Part shown: in pieces, positions 55,060 to 64,000 of the stretch
How the letters are laid out: each line of letters starts with the position of its first letter
How positions within the stretch are numbered: the first letter of the stretch is position 1
NCBI GenBank assembly: GCA_965644495.1
Contig: CBFFSA010000015.1
Coordinates: 124,001-188,000 of the forward strand
Direction: 5' to 3'
From: Perkinsela sp. CCAP 1560/9
Lineage: Eukaryota; Protista; Euglenozoa: Kinetoplastea
Length of the DNA: 64,000 bases
Notes under the pieces: model-generated
Told to the model about the DNA's origin: nothing
What the model saw: the letters and a program-made list of their open reading frames with translations, nothing else
Databases searched by the model: none
Translations under genes and position numbers: made by a program

Positions 55060-55835
55060 TTTTGTGTTGTGTGTAATGATATCTTTCGGTCCTTGAAATT
55101 TGGGCGTAAATTGCTCCAAAATTAGTTTTCAGAAACAAACCGTAGGATGTGGTGCGTGCATTTTTCGCCTTCAATTTCAAAGACTTCTTCTCATTTGTAT
55201 TCTTGGCAGCGATTTTTGTAAGCGACTTTACTTGAGCCGTGAGCCGGGCTCACCTTTTCAAATGCAATATGCGCAGCCTTCAGCTTATGACTCCTAGGCT
55301 AGGAGTTCCCTTATTTGGTGGAAAACAGCGAAGATTGCACACATTTTTTCAAAGAAAAAAATGGAAGATTTTTTAGCCGTTTTTTTTATAATCCATAATT
55401 GCTTTTTGTTGAAAATTGATTGTTTGTTTAAGATTTTTCATCATTTCTTCGGGACTAATTGATACACAGCTGCTTTTCAGTATTTCATGACCACCGCGGG
55501 AGTACACGTACTTGCAGGAACGCCTCCGTGCTGTAACAGAGAAGTGCAACGGAAGCTTACAAAAGCATAAAAGTATTCCTTTAGTGAGAGTGCTTACGGA
55601 TTTAAACCTTGTTTGCGAAGAAAATATTCTTACGGCCTAATTTGCAGTATATCTTCTGATGATTTTTGAAAGTGTGCAATCTTCGCTGGATTTAACCCCT
55701 TATTTCCTTTGTGGAACTTTGGCATAAAGACACGTCTGGCAGTAGCAGGCATGGTGCGTGTACCCCATGGTTTCTTGACAAGTTTTCGTAACTTTGCGCT
55801 GTTCGCGACCAGTCGTGTCAAAGCACTGTAACATT
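55060..55835 (-). pseudogene. KAP-like pseudogene split by a Merlin-like MITE
   Basis: 55698-55835 matches the 5' part and ~55130-55316 the middle of 56482-56982; no intact start. Confidence 0.75.
55317..55697. mobile_element. MITE with GG termini and 8-bp TSD (Merlin-like)
   Basis: GGTGGAAAACAGCGAAGATTGCACAC / GTGTGCAATCTTCGCTGGATTTAACC; CCTTATTT on both flanks. Confidence 0.8.
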
Positions 55836-56481
55836 TGTTATTCAAATATGAAACGGGCTAGATATAATATTTTGCAGTGAAACATGGATTTTTAGACGAA
55901 CAGTTCCACAGCATTTTACAGCACAATGATCTGTTAAATAAATTCTGGAGTATGATACTCTATCCCACTGCAACTCTGTGTGTGAGACTATCGGCAGGTC
56001 AAACCTAAAACCACAGCAAAAAAAATAGCTATTTCAAGTCCTTCATATCGCGAACTTTAAACATCATTAAATCGTTGTATTCTTTGAGTTTTAAACGAAG
56101 TTTGATTTGCCTAACATGAAAATTCAATTCTACCAAACGCAATGATGAAAAAAGTAATAAATGTAGATAACTTATTTCTGGGCGTTGAGAAATTTTCTAG
56201 ATGATAATACAAGAACTAGTATCATTAAAAATAACCATGTTGCTTGAGCATGTGAGACTTGATAAATTTTTGAGTATGATACTTAGTATCTTTTTCTTGA
56301 GTGAACATAATGCAAGCCTATATGGCATTGCATACAATAATTTCAATAATTTCTTTGCGTTTTCCCATGATTAAATTATGACGAACATTCGATAATACTT
56401 GCACGTTGAAACGGTTGTTACTGTATATTTTTCTATGAACAAGACAAAAGTTATGTGACGGAAAGATCATTATTCAGAAAT

Positions 56482-56982
56482 CTACTTTTGTTTACGCACT
56501 AACTGTTGAATGAACGCTTTTCCTTGTTTGCGACGCTTCGCTGCTTCCAACTCTAAAGATTTTTTGGCGCTTGATGACAGGTTCTTATATTTTGCAGAAA
56601 CCTGCTTTGATACTGCACGAAATAGCTTCTTTCGATCCTTGAAGTTTGGGCGTTCTGCTGCGTAAATTACTCCCATATGCTTCTTCACAAACAAACCGTA
56701 GGATGTGGTGCGTGCATTTTTCACTTTCATTTTCAAAGACTTCTTCTCTTTCGCATTCTTGACAGCAATCTTTCCGAACGATTTTACCTGAGCCCGACTT
56801 AACTTCTTGAACGCAACATGCGCAGCCTTCAGCTTAGTTCCCTTCTTTCCTTTAAGGAACTTCGACATAAAGACACTCCTGGGAGTAGCAGGCAAGGAGC
56901 GTGTACCCCATGGTTTCTTGACGAGTTTTCGGCGTAACTTTGCGCTGTTCGCGGCCAATCGTGTCAAGGCACGGTGAAACAT
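56482..56982 (-). CDS. KAP-like basic protein
   Basis: MFHRALTRL presequence; KKPWG, VFMSKF, SYGLFVKKH, YKNLS..K; very K-rich, 166 aa. Confidence 0.7.
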   Translation of the reverse strand: MFHRALTRLAANSAKLRRKLVKKPWGTRSLPATPRSVFMSKFLKGKKGTKLKAAHVAFKKLSRAQVKSFGKIAVKNAKEKKSLKMKVKNARTTSYGLFVKKHMGVIYAAERPNFKDRKKLFRAVSKQVSAKYKNLSSSAKKSLELEAAKRRKQGKAFIQQLVRKQK

Positions 56983-57568
56983 CTTTTTTTAAGTAAAAGA
57001 AGAAAGTGAAAACAGCTTACGGAAGTTAGATTAGATAAACTATTTGAAAAAAAACGTGTAAATACAAATTAATGGACTTGACGGGTTAATGGAAGGAGAA
57101 TTACTGTTTTCGTTTCTAAAAGTGTAGGAAAAATGGTTGATAATCTTCGTTGCCATGGTTCACTATTCTAAATTGAATTTATACTAAAAATGCTAAAGTT
57201 ATTGCGTAAATAAAGTTAAAAAAGTACGAAAAAGATAAGCTTTTCATTTATCAGTTTGATAAGCAAACAGAAAAAAATGTTTGCTTTATATATTATATAT
57301 ATCGAAGTGCAATAAAAGGCAATAGAGTTTCGGAAAAGATGTATATGGGATGAGATTGATTATTGCTTACTCATGGGAAATGTATTGAATTCAAATTCGA
57401 CGCTCAATTTCTACTTCGGAAGCAGACTATTACAAAACATCTGAAAAATAAAGTAAAAAGCCATGAAAAAATATACACACTATATTAAGTGTGCTTTGAA
57501 TGTTTAAAAAACATTAAATTAAGAATCACGCTTTAGTTTGGTACCAACACTATTCTATCATTCTATTT

Positions 57569-58063
57569 TTATTCTTTCTGGCCCGTACTATCCTTAATGA
57601 ACGCATTGCCCTGCTGGCGACGCTTCTCTGCCTCTTTCGCAAAAGCTTCACGTTGACTAGCTGAAAGTTTTTTATACTTTTCTGAAATCTGTTTCATCAC
57701 TACCTTAAACAGTTGCTTTCGATCCTTGTACTTCGGGGATTCCGCTGTGTATAGCGCTCCCATATATTTCTTAACAAATAGGCCGTAGGGTGTGGAACGC
57801 GCTCCCTTGACTTTCTCTTTCAAAGATTTCCTTTTTGCTGCATTTACGGATGCAATTTTTTCCAAAGATTTCAACTGAATAGGAGAGATTTTATCAAATT
57901 CAGCATGTGCCGTCTTTAGATCAGGCGTACCCTTTCGGCCCTTAAAATAGTTCGACAAAAATACTCCACGTGCGGTCGCAGGACCTGCTCGTCCAGCCCA
58001 CGGCTTCTTAACGAATTTTCGGACAGCTTCCGTGGTCAATCGTACCAAAGCACGGTGAAACAT
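57569..58063 (-). CDS. KAP-like basic protein
   Basis: MFHRALVRL presequence; KKPWA, PYGLFVKKY, ISEKYKKLSASQRE (HMG-box-like); 164 aa. Confidence 0.7.
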   Translation of the reverse strand: MFHRALVRLTTEAVRKFVKKPWAGRAGPATARGVFLSNYFKGRKGTPDLKTAHAEFDKISPIQLKSLEKIASVNAAKRKSLKEKVKGARSTPYGLFVKKYMGALYTAESPKYKDRKQLFKVVMKQISEKYKKLSASQREAFAKEAEKRRQQGNAFIKDSTGQKE

Positions 58064-58448
58064 GATTAGTAAAGGAGAGATGTGATAAGGAGAGATAACG
58101 CAAAGAATGCAAAAATTTTCTAAAAAAATATTTATCGTTTTATTTAACTACTTTCATCCAAAATTGGTCAAAAATGATTAAAGCGGGGGGTGGATCAATG
58201 CTCTTCTGGGGAGTTTCATTTCACTTTCATACCGGGCGAGCCGGCAGAGCATTTGCCTGTTGTACGACGACCGTTATCAACGGCCATTGGAATCCATAGT
58301 GTAGACCGCCACTGCGAGCCAGTGCCAAATGCTGCCAGCCACTGCGAGCCAAAAACGTCCTCTGAGAGCCTTTCTCCCTGAAGCCAAACCATCTGGTTAC
58401 CCGAACATGTAAGTCCTTCATGTCTTGAAGGTACGCTTCAAGGCAATA

Positions 58449-58783
58449 CCGTATCCCTCCCAGTAAGAGAATGAGTTTTGGGTCGAAATGGCCAAATCTC
58501 TCTTACTGGGGGGGTATGATTTTTTGGCCAGTTTCCTCTTTTCTCCCAACTTTTTTGACTATTTTTTCTTCTGAAAACGTGTTAAAACGCTTCTTTGGGT
58601 TACTCCCGAGGCCCCCAACATGCAGACACCCACCCCCTACCCCTTATACGCCTCCTGTTGGGCTCCCAAACCAAATCTCTCTTACTGGGGGTCAGCCCAA
58701 AAAGGGCCAAATCTCTCTTACTGGGGGGGTACCTTACTGAGGGGGGTACCTTACTGGGGGTATACGGTACAGGGGGTATACGG
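58449..58783. mobile_element. MITE with CCGTAT termini (right ends also at ~13350-13433 and ~51300-51366)
   Basis: TA+CCGTATCCCTCCCAGTAAG / CTTACTGGGGGTATACGG+TA, internal ccaaatctctcttactggggg repeats; right end duplicated. Confidence 0.75.
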
Positions 58784-59426
58784 TAATCAACAAATGTAAA
58801 CTTTTTCCAGTTTTTGTATCTCTTTCCACCGAAAATACAAACCGCGGTCTCGATGCGGTCTCGCAGCCCCTCAACTACCGCGTTTAACGAAGACCCTAAA
58901 AAAGAAAATTAATTTCTATGTCATTTTTCTCAATTTTGTGTCATACGCTGCCATACAGGTATGGCAGGCGCCCCTGTATACTGCCGTACGCTGTCAAACG
59001 CTGCCAGCCACTGCGAGCCAAAACTGCATGGGTTCCATTACAGCGCATTCAACGCCGGTCGTATGCAGGGATTCGGCCTATGGCCACGCCACGTGGTCCT
59101 CAAGGGAGACCCTGCAATTCTCTCAAAAATTGTCCCAAAAATTTTGTCCCAAAAATCACGAATGGGGTTGTAGGTACAGCGTTTGCAAAAGTTTGTGAAC
59201 GTTTTATTGTAAACCACATACCCATTTAACATCCCCCCCTGTATGCTATCAAGGTATAGGTATGTTATTGCGGGGGTTGTTTACAACCTCTGCCTCTTCC
59301 TTCTTTATGGTGTCCGGGGTAGGGTGGATCCAGCAGGGTGAGAAAAGGGGGTCCAGCTCCCCCTCTATCCTCGATTTGGGCACTAATCGCGGTGCTTAAA
59401 AACGTAGGTCCCGGGACTCGAACCCA

Positions 59427-59493
59427 GGTAGTCCAGTGGGTAAGACCTGACGTTCATAATCTGGTGGTCGCAGGTTCGACTCCCGGAAGTTAC
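59427..59493 (+). pseudogene. tRNA-like sequence (degenerate, CAT at the anticodon position); pseudogene or SINE head
   Basis: A-box-like TAGTCCAGTGGGTAAGAC, TTCATAA loop and B-box GGTTCGACTCC at tRNA spacing. Anticodon and acceptor stems pair poorly. Confidence 0.4.
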
Positions 59494-59801
59494 ATTTTCA
59501 TCCTTACGCGACGCCGTTAGTGGGAAGCAATTTGCGAAGCCGAAGTGGGGGTATGGCGAGGGCTATCATGAGCGGGTCTGAGCCATACGCGGCGTCGTTA
59601 GTGGGAAGCAATTTATTCTTTTACAATATTCTTTTACAACAACCATCGCTTTTTAACGAAGCAGCTAGCACACCGACATCAAGGTATAGGTATTGCGGTG
59701 GTTGTAAAACTACCGCTCTACCCTCGATTATTGCAAAAAAAGTGAACAAAAACAGTGAAAATATAAAGAGAAGTACAGTAATATAATAGAAGAAAAAAAT
59801 A

Positions 59802-60141
59802 TAAACCCCGCGACATGAAAGCGACATTGTTCCTTCTAGAAACGTTGAAATCACGGGTTAGCTCTTTTATTGGTACTCCTTGTCCGTGCCTCACCTTTAA
59901 AAGAACCTTTCCACTAGAAGTCAGCCCCCCTCTTGGGAGTCGATATGGTGATTTTGGCATTTTTGAAAAAAAAGTTGAAAAAACTAATTTTTTTTACTGA
60001 ATTTCAAAGTTTTAAAATGAGCTAAAAACAGCGGGAACGTACAGATCTCAAAATTTCGAACGACAACGTGGTATGATAACCCCCCCACGACCCCCTGTGC
60101 TAAAAATAAGGGGGGGTCACTTATTGGTGACGCGGGGTTTA
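59802..60141 (-). mobile_element. Internally deleted Tc1-like element retaining the transposase N-terminus
   Basis: TAAACCCCGCG termini with TA duplication. MPKSPYRLPRGGLTSSGKVLLKVR..QGVPIKELTRDFNVS aligns with the N-terminus encoded from 61871. Confidence 0.8.
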
Positions 60142-60420
60142 TAAGGGGGCTCCGGTGGTCCAAAACTGAAAAAAAAAATTCAAAAACATGGGGGGTCTAG
60201 GGGGGGGTCCAGGGGGGGTCCAGGGGGCGGGGCATACGTCGCGATTTTTTTTCGATTTTTTAGCTTTTCAAAATCGAGCGCAGGGAAGTGGTAGGGTAGG
60301 CCGCGGCGATAATTTTTCACACCCCCTGGTACGCGCAGGAGGGGTCAGACAAGGTCAAAATTTCCGAAATTTTTGGGGTGACCAAAATTTTTTTTTTTGA
60401 CCTAAAAAAAAGTAAAAGTA

Positions 60421-60706
60421 AACCATGTTCCAGGATAGCATACCTAGTAGGTATACTAAGTGGGTACGGTATACTAAATTTTCTCTAAAATGCAAAAACA
60501 TGTTTCGCGCGTTTCTCTTATCTGTAGTTTCTTATCTGTAGTTGCTAGAAAAATGGTGTCTTGACCTTAAAATGCGATTTCCTACCGAGTGATTGCTAGA
60601 AAAGTTGCTCTGGCGCTTCTAAAAAAGGTACGTCCCACGCTCCTGTTGCTAGGAAGGGGGGTAGGTATACTAAGTGGGCATGGGTATACTATCCTGGAAC
60701 ATGGTT
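60421..60706. mobile_element. MITE with TA duplication
   Basis: AACCATGTTCCAGGATAG / CTATCCTGGAACATGGTT; removing it restores the host repeat. Confidence 0.85.
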
Positions 60707-61691
60707 TATTATTTTTCCAAAATCGATTCCTAAAACGTGTTTTAGGAGTTTGGGACCTTCGCCAAAAAATCGCTCTTTTTTACCCAAAAAAATAGATTAT
60801 TCATGGTATTTTGGCGAATTTTCTTTTTTAGTCTCTTCGTTAAACGCGGTGGTAGTTTTCAACGCGAAGCGCGCAGCATGAGTGACTTCTAAGTTGAAAA
60901 CAACTACTGCGTTTAACGAGGAACCTAAAAAAGAATTTGAAAAAAAAGTGAATAAAAACAGTGATTCTTAATTGCGGTGGTAGTATAACTACCGCTCTAC
61001 CCTCGATTATTGAAAAAAAAAGTGAACAAAAACAGTGAAAACAAAAAACAGTGAAAGAGAAACAACAGCCGTGGGACGAGGGGGGGTATGTTAAGTGTCG
61101 CTGGCCAAAATAACATACCCCCCGGTGTGTTATCCAAGGTACAGGTATGTTAAACGGGTATGTGGTTTACAACTTTTAAAATTGTTGCACAATAAAAGAG
61201 TTACACATTTTTGTTGCACAAGTTTTTGTGCAAAGGATCATTGGAGACTGCAGTCCACGCATGACCATTTGTGACGCTTCATGACGATTCGTGACAGCGA
61301 AGACTAAGCTCTGACAGAGAAATAGGAACGGTCTGTGAAGAGACCAGTGTGCAAGTCTGAAAAGGTATTCGAGTTTTGTATAGGGGAAGCCCATGTAGCA
61401 TGCCTAAAAAATAATTTCTTCTAGGAAATCTAATGAATCACAATCTCGCTACTATCTACTTTTGGGCTATCAACTATTTCAGTCCACTCGTACTCATCTG
61501 AATTCGTGCTCGTAAAGTCAAAGTTATCAAGTGTTTTTTGACTTGAAAGAGGGACATTTGGGCAGGGTACCGACGATGCTGCATGTTACAGGACCGCATC
61601 TTCGCAGATATACGAGAGATTTCCTCAGGAGAAGGTTGCCCCCCCATATTACCACTCCATTCGTAGTGAAGATAGGCTTCGATGTTATGAA

Positions 61692-63024
61692 TAAACCCCT
61701 TGACACGAATAAAGCACCCCCCTTTATTTTTTGCGTGCGGGGACCCATGGGGGTTGCAGCACCACTTTATCGTCCACAATTTTGAGATCTGCACGTTCCC
61801 GGGGTTTTTAGCTTCATTTAAAACTTTTAAAAAAATCAGTTCCAGAAATATTTTTTTTTTCTAAACTTTCATGGTAAAATCCAAGTACCGTCCCCCAAAG
61901 GGGGGGATGACCCCTATAGGTAAGACATTATTGCGCCTGAGGATCGAAGACGGTGTCCCAAAGAAGCAACTTGCACGATAATTTAATATTTCAGTAAAAT
62001 ATGTGAGGCAATATCTGAAAGCAAAAGAAACCAATAAAACCAAAATATTTACACCGAAAAAAAATATTTTACGTCGCAGAAAAAAAATAGTAACCATTAT
62101 TTCACCAAAAGACCTTGCCGGAGTGCCGAAACACAGCAGCGCTAGATGCATGGCGGGGAGATTGAGTAAAAAGGGGGTACATGTCACAAAACGCACTGTT
62201 CAACGTGACTTAAAAGCAATGAAATATACTTATTCCCCACGCCATGTTACTATGGCGTTGACCGAACGTCAGAAGGCTAAAAGGGTTGAGGTTGCCTTAG
62301 CATGGAATGGGGATTCACGCATAATTGTATTTTCTGATGAAAAAATCTTTGATACTAATGACATGCGTAAGAAAATGTGGGTTGCCCCGGGCGAAAAGGC
62401 TGCTTCAAGGCAGAAAATGCGTTGGGCCCCAAAATACCATGTGTGGGGTGCCACTGGAGTTGGGTGGCGTTATCTAGCTATTCTTCCCAATGACAGCTCA
62501 ATTACGAGCGGAAAGTATATTAAAACCCTGCGTAAGACTCCTTTCCCCCGTAATTTTATTTTTCAACAAGATGGAGCAGGCGCACACACTGCAAAAATGA
62601 CAAAGTCTTATCTTTTTGTATCAGAAATTCAGTATATCAAAAATTGGCCTGCCAACTCACCTGACCTCAATCCTATAGAAAATGTATGGGAAATGATACA
62701 GCAACGAGTATGTGGAATGAACCCCTCCAGTACTACTTCGCTTATTAGGTGTGTAAAAAAAGCATTTGAAGAAATCTCCCGAAGGCAAGTAAATAAAACT
62801 GTTTTAAGCTTCGATCGTCGACTAGAAGCCTGCGTAAAGCGCAAGGGAGAAAAAGTGAAAAAGTGGTAATCGTCTACTTATATTTTACCTTATTCACCCC
62901 GGGACAATTTTACAAGGTGCGCAAAGTCTATTCACTGAGATCTGCAAAATGCCACAAGAATTAGCTCAAACGGACTTACCATACAAATTTTAGAGGGGGG
63001 TGCTTTATTGTGTCGAGGGGTTTA
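61692..63024 (+). mobile_element. Near-intact Tc1/IS630-like transposon; transposase 61871-62869 with one in-frame TAA at 61979-61981
   Basis: TAAACCCCTTGACACGAATAAAGCACCCCCC / GGGGGGTGCTTTATTGTGTCGAGGGGTTTA; VFSDEKIF, FQQDGAGAH, WPANSPDLNPIENVW. Confidence 0.9.
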
Positions 63025-64000
63025 TAATAAGACGTGATTTAAACTTTGAATCATCATTTAAATTTTAAAGCAATGGTATAGTAAACTCCACCTTTTTTTT
63101 TTGCAAATAATTGGGGGGAATAGTATTGAGTCTTACTTTTTATGTATGGAGTCCAACTTTTCCACAATTTCCATTTTTTTTTGTGTTATTTTTAATTGGG
63201 GGGAATAGTGTTGAGTCTAACTTTTTATTTTCCACCACTTGGCTCTACCCACAACAGACACAGACCCCAGTGCCCTGAATAACACCATCTTCAAGACAAA
63301 GAAGGCATCCCTTTTGTTCATCTGGAGTCGGGCGCCACTTGCAGTAAACGCAAAAAGAAGGGCGGTTCGGACGCGAAATAGTGAACCGTGTCGTGGTCTG
63401 ACACTTTCCCAAGCATTGCTTTCGAAGAATGGAGGATTGCCTATTTATGAGTAAATACTATTAGGACTGTTTTTTACTTGTTCTATTTGTAAAAAAATCG
63501 ACATTCGAAAATGAATTGACACTGGAACTTTTGAAAGTCCTTTGAAAACTATGATTTATGATTTTCTTTAAAGTGGCTAACGCGTGACAGCCGAGCCTTG
63601 CACAGTCTCCATTGTTTTGGGATTCCCGATCATCCTGGGTTGAAATCACAAGGTCCTTCAACCGCAATATTTCACCAACATTGTTGCTCACAGACGGTTA
63701 AAAAATGTTTCTTTTAGAAATTGGGTGGAAAAAATGCAAAAATATAGAAATAATATTTCCATTTTTAAAATTGCTGCAACATAAAGAATTCTCAAATTTT
63801 TGTTTTCCTCTTTTTTGTTACACAAAAAAGTAAGTAAAAGCACGTAAAACTGGGTGGAAAATCGTTGCAAAGGCACCTCAATATGAAGCTGGGATGAAGA
63901 AATGAACAATATGAAAAATTCAAAAAAAAAGATTTTGAGGTACAATTTCGAATTTCAAAAGTGCCGAATCTCTGTACGGGGTATACGGTGCTACTTTCGT

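Larger units (their letters stand above)
59212..61167. mobile_element. Outer TIR element hosting a nest of younger insertions
   Basis: AACCACATACCCATTTAACAT / ATGTTAAACGGGTATGTGGTT with TA on both sides. Confidence 0.7.

Noticed and set aside
61474-63945. Short minus-strand ORFs flanking the last Tc1 as a disrupted host gene
   Set aside because: No recognisable motif and no demonstrable continuity across the insertion.

Overview
Eukaryotic nuclear DNA, very probably from a kinetoplastid and most like a Perkinsela-type prokinetoplastid (inference from gene content). All recognisable host genes are intronless and on the minus strand, as in one polycistronic gene cluster. They include an RNA-editing KREPA-type ZnF/OB-fold protein, a Tc38/RBP38-repeat protein, five kinetoplast-associated (KAP-like) basic protein loci, a mitochondrial-type peroxiredoxin, RPC4, PABPN1, a PIG3-like quinone oxidoreductase, a DUF4116 protein, five paralogous LRR loci and a divergent long-tailed histone H3 variant. 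Intergenic space is packed with nested DNA transposons and MITEs (Tc1-like x3, an intact pogo-like element, a Harbinger/IS5-like two-ORF element, Merlin-like MITEs, a tyrosine-recombinase element). The most striking signal is a non-coding, highly structured ~600-nt mobile element whose 5' end is a spliced-leader (SL) RNA exon plus its GT donor. It occurs three times (one copy 5'-truncated and lacking the head), shows compensatory base changes, and has recently disrupted two LRR genes at the same motif position. A separate SL relic lies inside an insertion in a Tc1 transposase. All assignments come from reading motifs by eye; no database search or folding program was run.
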